A stretch of DNA of 64,000 bases from Octopus sinensis (GCF_006345805.1 NC_042998.1:50716001-50780000); one strand, 5' to 3'; numbered from the stretch's first letter, positions 37,951-51,574 are shown. Translations and numbers: made by a program. The notes: generated by a model from the sequence alone, not told the origin.

Positions 37951-38548
37951 TCTTTCACCTGCGCTGCCTCCGAAAAATCCTCCGCATCAAATGGCAGGAT
38001 CATATCCCCAACAAAGACGTCCTCAGGCAAGCAGGAATACCAAGCATGTTTGCACTCCTCACACAAAGACGTATGAGATGGCTTGGGCATGTTAGCCGTA
38101 TGAAAGATGGCAGAATCCCCAAGGACATACTCTACGGAGAGCTTGCTAGGGGTACTAGGTCTGTGGGTAGACCAATCTTACGTTACAAGGATGTTTGCAA
38201 AAGGGACATGAAGGCCTGCAACATCAATCATCAATATTAGCGGTTGGGAGGCAGTTGCCGGAGACAATGGAGAATGGCGACGTACCGTAAAAGAGGGAAT
38301 ACAAAGGAGTGACAGAGAGAGAGAGGAGAAATGGAAAGAAAAAAATAGACGTCAACAAGAGACTATGGCATTTCAACCAGCCAGGAACAGTCTTCGCTAC
38401 ATTTGCAGTACCTGCCAGAGGGAGTGTTTGTCCAGGATAGGACTACACAGCCACAGCAGGAAATGTATCAGGACATGAAATATAAAAGCCGGACTAGACT
38501 ACTTTATGCGCAACTCCATTGCGTCCCAAGACAGAAAGGATGCCAACC
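37951..38548 (+). mobile_element. 3' fragment of a third RTE family (BovB-like, C-terminal C2H2 finger)
   Basis: FHLRCLRKILRIKWQDHIPN..RRMRWLGHVSRM..GRPILRYKD, a frameshift, then CSTCQRECLSRIGLHSHSRKC* (stop 38476-38478) and a short 3' UTR ending GACAGAAAGGATGCC. Confidence 0.88.
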
Positions 38549-38965
38549 AACCTCATTTAGTAGAACTGGGTTTGGGAGTAGAGAGTTAAAAACAACTGAG
38601 AGAAGCTTTTTTTTTTAAGTACTCTTGTTTTGAAATCATCATTGGCAATGGTTTGGCAGAATCAAAGTGTCAGAAAAAAATCCTTGGTGTATTTGTTCTG
38701 AGTTCAAATCCCACCAAAGACAACTTAGTCTTTTACCATTCTGAGGATCAAAAAGTTAAAGAACTTGCCAAATATTGGAGTCAAAATAATTGATAAACTA
38801 CTCCCCACAAATTTGACTTTAGCAGACCTGTGATCAAAAGTATTCCACCTATAATGTGACTGTCTTATCTTTTATTCAGATATTGTGTATTATCCAACAT
38901 GTATTTACCTTTTAAATAAATTATTATTATTATTATTTACTATTATTATTATTATTATTATTTAC

Positions 38966-39014
<49 letters not shown>

Positions 39015-39019
39015 GTTGT

Positions 39020-39216
39020 TTTACTTCTCAGAGTGCTTGGTCTTATTTGCTCTGGTTGATTCTATGAGAGCAGCCTGTTGTCAGAGCTCTCATGGGGTAT
39101 GTTCCTGCACATTATAATCTTTGATAAGTGACTGTTAATTATCATGACTAGATGTCCCTAGTAGAGGAGTTTTGGGGGCTTGCCCTGCTCGCATGTTAGT
39201 TCTGATTTCTGTAACA
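39020..39216 (-). mobile_element. R4/Dong-type 3' stub
   Basis: Degenerate KTPLLGTS C-terminal motif plus 3' UTR, bounded by (TTA)n and (TTG/TTA)n. Confidence 0.5.
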
Positions 39217-39258
39217 TATTGTTGTTGTTGTTGTTGTTGTTATTATTTTCATTATTAA

Positions 39259-40574
39259 TCAATTCTGTTTCCATTTCTTGCGAAGTATCTTCCTGACATC
39301 TAGGGCAGAGAAACACACTGTATACATTGGTAGGCCATTAAGATAAACACACCAGATTGTTCAATTACAAAGTCATGTGATAGAGAAAAAGGGGAAGTAA
39401 GACAAAGTAAAAAATAAAACGGTAAACAAACAAAATAAAGGGGGAAAAACGGAAAGAAAATTCACAGTGACAATATGTGTGACATACCAGTTAAGACAAT
39501 CTTTTGCACTTCTTGGATCATTCTTAAATAATTTTCAGTTCCTTTTTTGATCATTCCAAGTGCTCCTACAATCACTGATATTGTAACCGTCTTAAGATGC
39601 CACATCTTTTCAATTTCAATTAGCAAATCTTAATATTTTCTGAGCTTATAAAATCCTTTTGCCGAGATATTATGGTTAAAGGGTATGCTCATGTCATTCA
39701 AAAAAAAAAAAGGACTTTATTGTTTTGGTCTTTCACAACAATATCTGGTCTATTTACTTTGATTGTCCAGTCTGTACATACTGTAAAGTACCTATGAACT
39801 GTTACATTTTCTCCCTCAGTTACAGCCTCAGGGTGGTGCTTGTACCATTTGTCATCAGTTTTGATTTTATAGTGCCGACACAATATCCAATGTAGATATT
39901 GGCCAACTCTGTCATGTCTTGATTTGTACTCTACAAGTGCTAAAACCTTACATCCAGAGATTAGGTGGTCCACTGTTTCAATCCCATTGTTGCAGTATCA
40001 GCACTTTGGATTTACACCATTTTTCATCACATTGGCTTGATAGTCCCAAGTCAATAAGCTCTTATCTTGAGCAACCAGGATAAATCCTTCACTCTCTGTC
40101 TTTAGCCATGAGCTCTGTAGCCACTGATGGGTGTGCTTGTGGTTTACATCAGCTTGTTTGCTACAGGCCACATAATTGCCATGCAGATGATTTTGTTTCC
40201 ACCTTTCAGCCAATTGTTCAAATGCATTTTGCTTTGCTATTGATTTCATCTATGCAACTACAGTTGCCGCACATCCACCATGCTGTTCAACCTGGGTATT
40301 ATGCATAAACACACTTGAAAATTTTTTTGCTTTCCTTTGTAACAGAATGAAGCTTCTTATGTCTTTCATGGTTTTCAATGAGCTTTAGCATCCAGTTGTT
40401 TGATATTTCAAGATATTTTGCCAGTCCAATTGTGGTGGTTTTGTAAGGGATTTCAAATTGGATCAAGTCTCGACCTCCTTGAGCTCTGTGTAGGTAAAGA
40501 CAATCTGCAAGTCAGTAGCTTATGGATTTTCCTGTCAATCCTCCTTACTTCACTCATATTCCAATTCAACACAT
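39259..40574 (-). mobile_element. R4/Dong-type RLE non-LTR retrotransposon, 5'-truncated
   Basis: RRIDRKIHKLL.., THQWL..ESEGFILVAQD, zinc knuckle (ETV)DHLISGC, EYKSRHD, RPDIVVKD, IVGALG, EVQKIVLTG; frameshifts are present. Confidence 0.88.
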
Positions 40575-40586
40575 ATTATTATTATT

Positions 40587-40710
40587 CCTTTATAACACAG
40601 TGTAGGTAAAAATGTACTGGAGTCTTTAGTCAAGTCACAACAAGGACCTCAAATAGATAATACTTTCCTTAAGATGTGTACTGTGCCCAATAAGGCTGCT
40701 TTTTGCAATT
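40587..40710 (-). mobile_element. R4/Dong-type 3' stub (different subfamily)
   Basis: LQKAALLGTVHILRKVLSI* plus a short 3' UTR, flanked by TAT/CAT repeats. Confidence 0.75.
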
Positions 40711-40762
40711 ATCATCATCATCATCATCATCATTATTATTATCATTATCATTATTATTATTA

Positions 40763-40804
<42 letters not shown>

Positions 40805-41564
40805 TATTATTATGATGTCTGGTATTCCTATGAAAGAAATATTTGCAAGAGAAATATTTGAAACCATAATAGTGATGCAGCTCCTTGTGAATCTCCCACT
40901 ACATCCAGGGAAAAGGGAGAACCATTAATGCTTATTTAAACTAACAAGGGTTTTATTAATATTTGTCTATCACTGTTGAGCAATTCCATACCTTACATAT
41001 CAGGAAAGGGAACAAACAGAAAGCATGTGTGACAGAGATGTCACCAGAAACTTCATTGGACCATAAATTCTTCTGAAAAAGACATTCATTCTGAAACAGT
41101 AAAAGTGGGCAGTTTGATTTTTACAAACAAAATTAAGAAACTATTGCGAAATAGATGAAGTGTATAGAAATGGAAATATTTGGTGTTCAAGCCATTTACA
41201 GATGTGTCATTTATACGCAGGCTCATCCAAAATCATTGCTTTCCGGTTGGATTTCTCAGAGGAATCGAAGCAATAGCTGGGAGAAACACATGAATCATGA
41301 ATTCTAACTTTCTTCCCTGCTCCTCCTACTATTTGTCTTGTGGGGCCCTGAAAGGTCTTAAGTGCTGCCTTTTCTTCATTGGCTAAGTTATATAAATAAA
41401 ATGTGTAGTTATTTCTATTATGGCTGAAATCAAAACTGACCGATGTAATTCCTTCTGTTATTTTGCATTGTTCTACCTTTATTTTATTTTTTTTTGTATG
41501 TCATTCAATAAAGTAAATGTCAGCTGCTACAAGATTACAATCAATGCATTAAGATATGATCACT

Positions 41565-42026
41565 TACTGTAAATCCTCTAGTATAGTCCACCCTTGAATA
41601 TAATACGTAGGGGATTTTTAGAGGGCTTTACCTCTGAAAAACCTAAACCTTGTGTATAATACGCACCCCTTCTCTAACTTGAGTCAAGGAGGTTTATATA
41701 ACGTCCTTGGTTTGTAAAAATGTATACAGTAACATCCTTTATTATTATTGTATATGTAACATAATGCAAACATGTAGCTTTTTCAAGCCTTTTGTTTGCA
41801 GAAAATAAAGAAATAACCGTAATAACGTTTGATAAATGTTGCTTACTGCAAGTTATGGATGATCCTTTTATGACATCACAAATAAACATAGCCAGACAGC
41901 AAATAGAAACTTGGACATTGCTTAGAAAATAATTTTCATTTGTAATCTCGTATATAATATGCAGTAGGGATTTTGACCTTTAAATTTTGGGAAAAAAATG
42001 TGGATTATACTCGAGGATTTACAGTA
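41565..42026. mobile_element. Tc1/mariner-superfamily (Tc2/pogo-like) MITE
   Basis: TA-CTGTAAATCCTCTAGTATAGTCCAC ... GTGGATTATACTCGAGGATTTACAG-TA: 25-bp TIRs with 2 mismatches and a TA TSD. Confidence 0.85.
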
Positions 42027-42266
42027 TATAGGAAGTATACTGGTAACTATGCTTTAGTTTGACACTGAAAATGATTCACATTTATCTGATCAAAAATATT
42101 GAGCAGTCCCCTATCATAAATGGCAGAAAAGGGTAAAATAGAAAGCTTATAATAAGAAAAATGTCATCAGAAATCTTCATTTCACCATAAAATTCTTCTG
42201 AAAAAAATACTGAAATAGCAAAAGTCGGCAGTTGGCTGTTAAAAACAAAATGTTCTGGTAAGATTT

Positions 42267-42501
42267 TTAACCCTTCAGCATTCAGATTACTCTGTCACAT
42301 GTAATGATTATTTATTCATATTGTTTGGAATTAGCCATGCATTATATCAAAGCTATGAGATTTCAATGATGTGATTGTTTTATTTTTAGAATGTCATTAT
42401 AGAGTAGAATATCATGCTAGAGACTGGATGTGGCTGATTTGAGCATAAAATAGTTGGAATATTTGGGCTGGATATGACTGGATTAAATGCTAAAGGGTTA
42501 A
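42267..42501. mobile_element. TTAA-flanked MITE
   Basis: TTAA-CCCTTCAGCATT ... AATGCTAAAGGG-TTAA. Confidence 0.82.
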
Positions 42502-43652
42502 AAGGAATTAGGAAAAAAAAACCTTTCGGGTAGTTTTTCAACAAGTTTATATTTTGTAGAAATATTTCTAAAAAATAACAAACAACTACAAAACTTCTTA
42601 CATACTTATACAGAATAGAATAAATTTTAATTAGATTCAAATCATAAATTCAAGAGAAGTAGGATGTCAATATGAAACAATTCAAAAAAGGACGTTAGAA
42701 GACAAATATTCTTCAATTTTCCAGATTTCTGTAACCAAAAAAAAAAAAAAAAAGGGATGGTTTTGCTTAAAGGTCACTTGGTAGTCGTTAGCTTACCAAT
42801 GTGAAGTTGGCACTATTATTTGTATCTTCCAACACTTCTATTACACTTCATGTACTATGTTTCATATGACATCCAGTGTAAAAGAAGTTGTTGCTCATGG
42901 CAACTAGCAGTTCATAGTTGTTGAAAAAGAGAAGATAGAGAAAGATGGTGAAGTGAGTGAGTAGTTATAATAAAAATGCGAACAAAATTTTTGTGGTTTT
43001 TCCTTTGGGATTCAGAACGTCAAACAATAAAATGGCCATACTGTCAATAATATATTTGTCAATACTTCATAAAGAAATATCTTTTCTGAGATTGCATACA
43101 TCTTTCAATTTCAACAACAAACAATGCAAAAATCTTTGAAAAGGAAGTTATTGAAATATTTCTTTTGTTATCTACAAAGATGACATAACAAGCAAATATC
43201 ACAGTTATTTATGTCCCAGCTCAACCTTAAATTTTGCTTCCTTGTTTACTTTCGTTCTTTTCAGTTACAAAAGTTGTGGTCATCATGAAAAAAATATTTA
43301 AGCTTCGTTACAGCTTATTATGAATAGTTTCCATTTGTACTTTTCATTTCTGTTCTTCAGGTGGTAAGGGGGAGACAATTGTGGTTATGGTGGTGTGGTT
43401 GTGCGTTTATATGATCGCATAGCTGAATACAAACCATGGGTAACTTTCGATTTCTTTGCTAGAATTTGTTTATGTCGAGGCTTGGTATGAAGCATACTGC
43501 ACTTATAGATTAGGGGTGCAGGGGCAGAAGTAATCATCAAACTGTGACTCCATGAAGTAGAAAACTTGGGTAGATCTGAAAGAAATATATGCGCATTAAA
43601 CAGAAGATTCAACAGCAGTTCTTGACAAATAATCAGGCATTTTATATATATA

Positions 43653-44042
43653 CTAGCAGTATCGCCCGGCGTTGCTCAGGTTTGTTTTTACCCTTTAGAA
43701 TTGGAATATTTTAAAAGTAAAAATTTTGCATTATGTAGTTTGTTATTCTCTTTAAGTGAACATTTTTTTTGGTTGAAATAAACCAAAAAATGGTGACACA
43801 GCAGTAAAAAAATAGGGATTTTCATAGAAAAAAAAGCACCTTTTTGATATAAATAATTTTGCGTCTTAACATGGTCTGATTTGAATTTTATCTTCTACGG
43901 AATGAAGAACAAGCCTTCTTTTATCATACTCTCAATTTTGGTCAATTTGCACCGCAGGATCTAGGAGGAGATAGTGTTAGTTGAAGGCTACGAAACCTGC
44001 CATACACAAACAACTTCAGCTTTATATATATATATATATAGA
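43653..44042 (-). mobile_element. Non-autonomous Helitron
   Basis: The minus strand starts TC (44042), ends with a GC-rich hairpin (CCTGAGCAACGCCGGG) and CTAG (43653), and is inserted between A and T. Confidence 0.8.
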
Positions 44043-44129
44043 TATGAGAATTATTATCTGAATACACCTGTTCTCATGAACAATAAACCATTACCGTAAA
44101 ATTTGCTTTACCTTACAATCTTCTTTAGA

Positions 44130-44830
44130 ATGGCTATGTGGTAAGAAGTTTGCTTCCCAACCACATGGTTCTGGATTCAGTCCCACTGCATGGCACCTTG
44201 AGCAAGTGTCTACTACTGCAGCCTCAGGTCAACCAAAGCCTTGGGAGTGGATTTGGTAGAAGGAAACTATAAGAAGCCCTTTGGTGGCACATGAAAAGCA
44301 CCATCCAAACGTGGCCAATGCCAGCGCCGCCTTGACTGGCTTCTGTGCCAGTGACACGTAAAAAGCACCAACCGATCATGGCCGCTGCCACCCTCCCCTG
44401 GCACCTGTGCTGGTGGCACGTAAAAAGCACCCACTACACTCATTGAGTGGTTGGTGTTAGGAAGAGCATCCAGCTGTAGAAACACTGCCAGATCAGACTG
44501 GAGCCTGTTGCAGCCTCCTGGCTTCCCAGACCCCGGTCAAACCATCCAGCCCATGCTAGCATGGGAAACAGACATTAAACGATGATGATGATGATGATGA
44601 TATATATATATATATATATACACACGTGTGTGTGTGTGGTGTGCATCTTTGTGTCTGTGTTTGTTGCTCATCACTATTTGACAATTGTGTTGGTGTGTTT
44701 ATGCCACTTAACAGTTTGGCAAAAGACACCAAAAGAATTAGTACCAGGTTAAAAAAAAGTTTCAGGATTGATCCACTTGATTAAGAGTTCTTCAAGGCAG
44801 CATGGCTGCAGTCTAACACCTGAAACAAGT
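44130..44830 (+). mobile_element. S2 SINE split by an RTE 3' tail (44281-44601)
   Basis: S2 head to GAAGCCC, RTE tail ending (GAT)n then (TA)n, then the S2 tail resumes. Confidence 0.8.
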
Positions 44831-46110
44831 TAACGGTACAATTTTCTTACATAAGCACAAAACCAGAAATTAGGAGGTAGTGGGGTATAATTCAATCAAA
44901 TCAGCTTTAGTTGTTGACATATACTGTATTTTGTTGACCTTGGAAGGATTTTAACTCAAACCATAAAGGCATACTACCATGCATTTTATTAGATACTCTA
45001 ATGATTTTGCTAGTCTGTCATTCTTCATGTTATATTAATATATCAGTATATATGGTAATATATAATATCTCACCAAGCTATACTAATATATAATATTTCA
45101 CCATGCTATACAGCAACGCAGGGCAATACAAATATCACGTTATACAATCTAGTCAACCCAAACACCACAACATTGTACAGCGAAATGTAATATCTAAATA
45201 TCGCATCATTCCACAATATCACACCATGGCAGATCATCACAATTTCTATTCGATATTTATTTACATGTCTTTCTCTCTCCATTTTAAGGTTATTATATAA
45301 ATTCCTCTACAGAAAAAATTCAATGATATGAATAATATGAAATGACTTGGCATCTTGAGATAGTTGTAAACAAGTATCACTGTCATACAAGCAGTGTTGT
45401 TTGTTTCAATGTCTAGCCATGGGAAATATTACCTAGCCCAGAAATGAGTGAGGGTGGGTGACAGGAAGAGCATCTCGCCATAGAAAATCTGCCCCTACTA
45501 ATTCCATTTGACCCAAGCAAGCATAGAAAAGTGGAGGTTAAATAATAATGATGATGGGAGTGGGGGGTGAATGGCAGTTGTAGTGGTGGTGGTGGTGGTG
45601 GTGATGGTGATATTGAAGCTGTTGTTGTTGTTGTTGCTATTTTTCTGAATGAATTGTTGTCATGGAGACTCTAATTTTCTGTTCTGGATGTTCATTTCAT
45701 CTTTAGAGTATGAAAAATATAAAAGAAAGGTTCTTGGGCTTAAGTGCCAGCCATGTGTAAGTAGTTCCATTATTTAGTCATCAGTCAACTGGATAACCCT
45801 ACCCGTTAAAATTTACATGTAGATGGTTGAGTACTCCTCAGACACATGCACCTTTACATAATCCTATAACAGAGTCAGAGTGACACAGCATGTGATAAGG
45901 TCAAACCTTTGGAATACAGGAGCAATCCAACTGTTGGTCACTTGCAGAGCACATGTCCAGAGAGTCTCACTCACAAGACTTGGGCTGACCTGAGATTATT
46001 CTCAAAGAGACTTAGCCAAGCAGTCATGAAGTGAGAATGAGCCTGGAACTCCTTTATGAAATTCATAGCCATTCAGCCGATACAGCATCTTTAGAGTATA
46101 AATTGACATT

Positions 46111-46285
46111 TATGAAGGGGTGCCGAAAAGCTCCTGGCTCTGGGTAAAAGAAAATGTAGGAGGATCAGTAAATTATGATTTTATTTAATATATTCCCCTT
46201 CCACTTTCACACACTTATTGCAATGGTCTTTCAGTATTTCTAAGCCCTGTAAAAGAACTTGGAAGGCCTTTCATGACACCCTTAA
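46111..46285. mobile_element. Mariner terminal fragment
   Basis: TATGAAGGGGTGCCGAAAAGCTCCTGGCT resembles the mariner TIR at 54727. Confidence 0.55.
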
Positions 46286-46398
46286 AGCAATATATATATA
46301 TATATATAAGCAATTTTGATGATAAAGATACCTCCTAAAAGGTATGCTAACATCCTAGCTTCCCCGGTTTAATTTTATATATCAACAAAATTAGAGAA

Positions 46399-46797
46399 AA
46401 CTGTCCACTTAAAAACCTATGCAAAAAGAAAGATATGGTATATAGGTGCAATGTAAAATCTGAAGGAATAAATTATAATTACATACAGGGTATGAAAAAT
46501 TTTATTAAGTGAAGAATTACCAACCATGAAAGCACATTTAAATATAAAACTAAATCAACCAGCACCAATCTAAGCAAATTAATATGGGAGTTAAAGGACA
46601 AAAATAAGGATTTTAATCTGAAGTGGGAAATTATTAGCCATGCTAAATCCTATAGAAAACCTGACAATCACTGTGATTTCTGTACTGATGAACTTTTCCA
46701 AATATTAACATCTAAACACAAACTTATTAACAGTAAATGTGAAAAAGGTTTATCTTGCATGAATTCTTATAGATATGTATTTAAAAACTATAAATAA
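46399..46797 (+). pseudogene. Penelope-like element GIY-YIG endonuclease remnant
   Basis: One frame with one internal stop: NCPLKNLCKKKDMVYRC..NYI..K*RITNHESTF..STNLSKLIWELKDKNKDFNLKWEII..Y..HCDFC..LIN..C* matches the PLE endonuclease pattern (CPL..C..VY..YIG..R..NH..LSK.IW.LK..KW.I..C.LC). Not in the ORF track. Confidence 0.8.
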
Positions 46798-46950
46798 AAA
46801 ATAAAATATAAGATATAATAAAAGATAGATTAAAATATTAATTAGATAAATTAAACGGTATAGATATGTATTAAAAGGTACAATTAAAATATTATAAATC
46901 ATATAAAAAAGTGGATAGAATGTAAACTTATTAAGTTGTAGGTAAAATTG

Positions 46951-47306
46951 AATAGAAGGAAGAAGAGGAAGAGACCCCCTTCGGTCATGAATAACCATGG
47001 GATTGCACCTAGAATGTTACCCTCCGAGGCACAAGTCCCGGCAAGGTTGCTTATGGAAGGCCAGCAGTCGCCCATGCATACCAGCCTCCTCTCTCCACAC
47101 CACCGATGTCATCCAAGGGAAATGCAAAGGCCAATACAGCTTGGCACCAGTGATGTTGCAACTCATTTCTACAGTTGAGTTAACTGGAGCAACGTGAAAT
47201 AAAATGTCTTGCTCAAGAACACTACACGAAGCCCAGTCCGGGAATCAAACTCACAATCTCACGATCATAAGCTCAACGCTCCAACCACTGAGCGATGCAC
47301 CTTCAC
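46951..47306 (-). mobile_element. tRNA-derived SINE, family S3, full length with 11-bp TSD
   Basis: Head GTGAAGGTGCATCGCTCAGTGGTT..GTTTGATTCCC, GTTCTTGAGCAAGAC; TSD AGGTAAAATTG at 46940-46950 and 47307-47317. Partial copies near 11245-11402 and 27545-27750. Confidence 0.88.
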
Positions 47307-48599
47307 AGGTAAAATTGCATAATAGTAATAATAATAATGTATATCGTTTCTAGTATTTATTTATTTTTTTTTTATATTATCTAGTTTCAGCTCACGAGCT
47401 GTGGCCATGCTGGGGCACCGCCATTAGTATATTGAAATTCGAAAATTACATAATGAAGAAATTGCTTTTCAACACATAATCTGATGACGTAGAATACAAG
47501 TACAACACATACAATAGTAATAATTAGATTAATAAAAGTAGTGATTGACCCTTTGCACCAGCGCTTACGAGTAATTAACTTGAAAAATAATTTTACTTAA
47601 TTAATATAAACTATATGTCTTCTCCAACTCTCACAATTAATAATAAGAATTCGAAAATAAATAGATTCACTTGTAGTTAATAGTGATATTAAATCTAAAA
47701 GTTCCTTTGTTTTCAAACATATTAACACATATATACACACAAAAAATATTAACACACATACACACAAAATATTAACAAACATTAACACACATACGCACAC
47801 AAAAAATTTTTAAAAAATAAAACCAAAATGCATATGAATGTGTAACGCTTTTAAATAAATATTAACACACACACACACACACACATAAATTTAACAAACA
47901 CATGCACACATAAATTTAACAGGCCCCTGTTGTTGATCAGAGGTTGTCTTTACAGTCCACATTGCTATAACATCCACTTTTTCATTTCATGTTTGCACAG
48001 GCTAGTCAGTGTTTGTTGAGGCAGATGAGCAGCTGGATGCCTTTCCAGTCACCATCCTGCATCCATTTCCAAATAAGATAATATTTCCTCATTGATAGAT
48101 ATACTTTTGCAGAATATTGGAAATGCATGATGCATGCTACTGCATCCTCAGCAAATGTCTAGCAAATCCACTCACAAAGCTTTGGTAAACCCAGGGTTAT
48201 AATGGTTAGAGTAGAAGACACTTGTCCAAAGGGCAATACAGCAGGACTGAGCCAAGAACCATGTGATTAAGAAGCAAACTTCTTAACCACACAGCAACAC
48301 AAGCACCTGTTGTAAATATAAATATTGTAAATATACACTCTGCAGATGAAACGGAAATTATAATTGTATAAAATGAACCATCAAAGTGTGACACAATTTA
48401 TATCTTAACGAAGAACTGAAAGACAACTGACCCTCACCACCACTCCTTCTCTTGTATATGACTAATACTTATTTTAATGATACTGTTGTAATGAAAGGTT
48501 AAACAGGTACTAATCAATACAAATTTAGACATGAAATGTCTAATTGGAAGAGGTATGTACAACCAACAGTTCAAAATATTGATATTTCATGTTTCTGGG

Positions 48600-49130
48600 C
48601 AGACAAATTTTTTTTCTTTTTCCATTTGCTGGATCTGGAGGAAGGGGCAGGGTGCCAGGCTTTCTCTGACTCGCTGAGGGTGACAAGATTAATATCTATT
48701 TCTTTACTGCCCACAAGGGGCTAAACATAGAGGGGACAAACAAGGACAAAGGGATTAAGTCAATTACATCGACCCCAGTGCGAAACTGGTACTTTATTTA
48801 TCAACCCTGAAAAGATGAAAGGCAAAGTCGACCTCGGCGGAATTTGAACTCTGAACGTAACGACAGATGAAATACCGCTAAGCATTTCCCCCGGCGCGCT
48901 AATGTTTCTGCCAGCTCACTGCCTTTGACAAGATTAATATCATTAATGCTTCACTTAAACTGTTGCGAGTTAACACTGGCAGGAAACATAAGGGCAGAAA
49001 GTGAGGGGCTGATATTCCTGTGGGAAGGTTACTGGGGGTTGTGGTTAATGCAAAACCTGAGGAATGAGCGCACATGGATGATGAGAAAGGGTGGAAAGAT
49101 GAGTGAGTCAAGAGTACTTGAGTTGAGATA
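48600..49130 (-). mobile_element. Degraded CR1-like LINE 3' end
   Basis: Minus translation FPASVNSQQFK*SINDINL resembles CR1 C-termini; interrupted by an S1 SINE. Confidence 0.5.
48697..48925 (-). mobile_element. S1 SINE (tail type a) with 16-bp TSD
   Basis: TGACAAGATTAATATC at 48681-48696 and 48926-48941. Confidence 0.9.
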
Positions 49131-50288
49131 GCAAAAAATCAACTAGATCCAAAAAGCAAAGGAGACCATTTTAGTAGAGGTAGAAAAGGCAGAGAATGTA
49201 GTCTGCATATCTGTGAGTGGCCTTTCTCTGGATGTGGTTTAAGATGTCTGTGTGAGCAGAAGTTACACTCACAAATATAGGAGAAATACTCCACTAAAGA
49301 ACCCAATATTTATTCAATTATGCTTAAGTTTATCGATCTGCCAGATCAATCAAGAAGACACACACACATCTGTATAAATATTGTTTCTATCTATCAAATC
49401 TACTTACAAGGCCTTGGTTAACCCAGGGTTGTAGTAGAAGATACATGCTTAAAGTGCAAATCAATGGGCCTGAACTAAGAACCATGTAGTTGAGAAGCAA
49501 ACCAGCTAGAGCCAAAAAACAAAGGCCATTTTGGTAGTGGTAGAAAAGGTAGAGAAAGTAGTCAGCAAGCTTGTGGGTCAAAGGCTGGAATATGTCTGTG
49601 AGTAACTTTGTCTATCTGTTGAGTGGCCTTTTGCTGGATGTGGTTTAAGGTGTATTTAGTGGAAAGATTTATCTTTCATCTATTTCATGGCATGAAATAA
49701 AAGACCAATGCAGACAACACTATAACTTTTTCACCTTACCAATCTTCTGCAGATTGCATGTGACCATTGCAATACTGACATCGAGTACCTGAGACACTTC
49801 TCTAACACTTTGACATGATTTTGTTCAATGGTTGCTTTCAATTGCTCATTGTCAAGACTGCATGGCGGTCCTCTACCTTCTTCATCTTCAAGGCTCACTA
49901 CTATGGAATTTCTGAAATCACCTTCCTACTGTATGATCACTTGTGGACCCCTCTCCCCTGCTCTGTTGATATTGGCAGTGGTATGGGGGGCATTGTGCCC
50001 AAGCTTGAACTCATGCAAGAAAAGTAAGCGAAGGTTCTTTTTTGTAATGTTCATAATTAAGGGCACCTATGCTTTAAGAATGCTTTCAGTCTGAAATAAG
50101 TAGAAAATTATTAAAGAGCATACATCTATTATCAAGTATGCTGAAATTCACCTAAAATATAATTTAAATTCTATGATAAAATTGTGTTTCAAAACACAAC
50201 ACTTAAGAGGCCATACTTCTACTATAGGCTCAGGCCAACCAAAGCCTTGTGAGTGGATTTGGTAGATGGAAACTGAAAGAAGCCCATC

Positions 50289-50349
<61 letters not shown>

Positions 50350-51399
50350 GTGTGTGTATGTTTGTTAGTATTTCTCCTCCAATTACCACTTGACTACTGC
50401 TGTTGGTGTGTTTAAATCTCAATAACTTTACAGTTTGGCAAAGGAGGCCAATAGAATAAGTACTAGACTTAAAAAATAAGTCCTGGGGTCAATTTGTTTG
50501 ACTAAAATCCTTCAAGGTGGTGCTCCAGCATGGCCGTAGTCAAATGACTAGAAATAATAAAAGAATATACATTTATACACACAATGGGCTTCTTTCAGTT
50601 TCTGTCTACAACATCTACTCACAAGGCTTTGGTCAGCCTGAGGTTGTAATAAAAGACACCTAGAAACTCTTAGACTATGAATTTTGTCATATACATAACT
50701 TTTGACAACCATATCTTTTGTTTTCGCTGTACCCCAGGTGTGTTTGTGTCATACAAGCAAAGTATTTCTACAATGTTTGAATATAACTAGAAACCGCCAG
50801 GATTTAAAAGTAAATGAAGAAAAAAAAAAACAAAACAACAAATTATGGAAGAAAAAATAGCAAAAAATAAAATGGAAAAAAATGTCTGTCCAGAACAGTT
50901 GAAAATTCCTTCACTAACTAACAAGCTATTGTCTTTTTATAATCAGGCATTATGCACAATCAATTCATCATACACAATATTTGTCCTTAACAGCAAGTGA
51001 AGGATAAACAACCTAGTTAATCAACAGACAGATTTGTTTTCATTACTGGATAGTGTGTGTGTGTGTGTGAGATGGGGGGGGGAAATAAAAATAGAGAAAT
51101 ATAGAGAGACAGAGAAAGAGGAAAACAGAGAGAGACAGACAGATAAACAAAAAGAGTAAGATAGAAAAAAAAGGAAAGAAGAGACAACATACTCTTACTC
51201 AGCTAAACAGGTAAGACATCATTAATTTTTTGGTTCTTTTTCCAATCATGTTGTCAACTAATTTGTGTATTTTTTCCTGTAACTTTTTGTATCACTTCAT
51301 AGATAACTTTAATAAGATTTAAAAAACATTTGCTTTTCATTTTGTATATTTTCATCTAATTTCTAGTCAGAATTATACCATACCTATCCAAAACAAACC

Positions 51400-51574
51400 A
51401 CAGTTTTTCTCTCTCCATTTTTTTTCATTCCATTACCATTCTTTCCCTCTTAATCCTTTCTGTCAGAGAGCATAGGCTCGAAACATAAAAGACTTCTGCA
51501 TTTTTCCCAAGTGTTAAACTAATATACCTGCTTGTTGTTCCTAGACCTGCCTTCACCTTTATTTTTCTCTAAAT

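Noticed and set aside
43385-43612. Minus-strand ORF with a good acceptor (TTTCTTTCAG) as a possible last exon of the right-end gene
   Set aside because: Phase is compatible but there is no recognisable homology or other support; left uncalled.
49815-50094. GPLSPALLILAV resembling an L1/Tx1 RT motif
   Set aside because: A single weak motif with no flanking RT motifs in frame.
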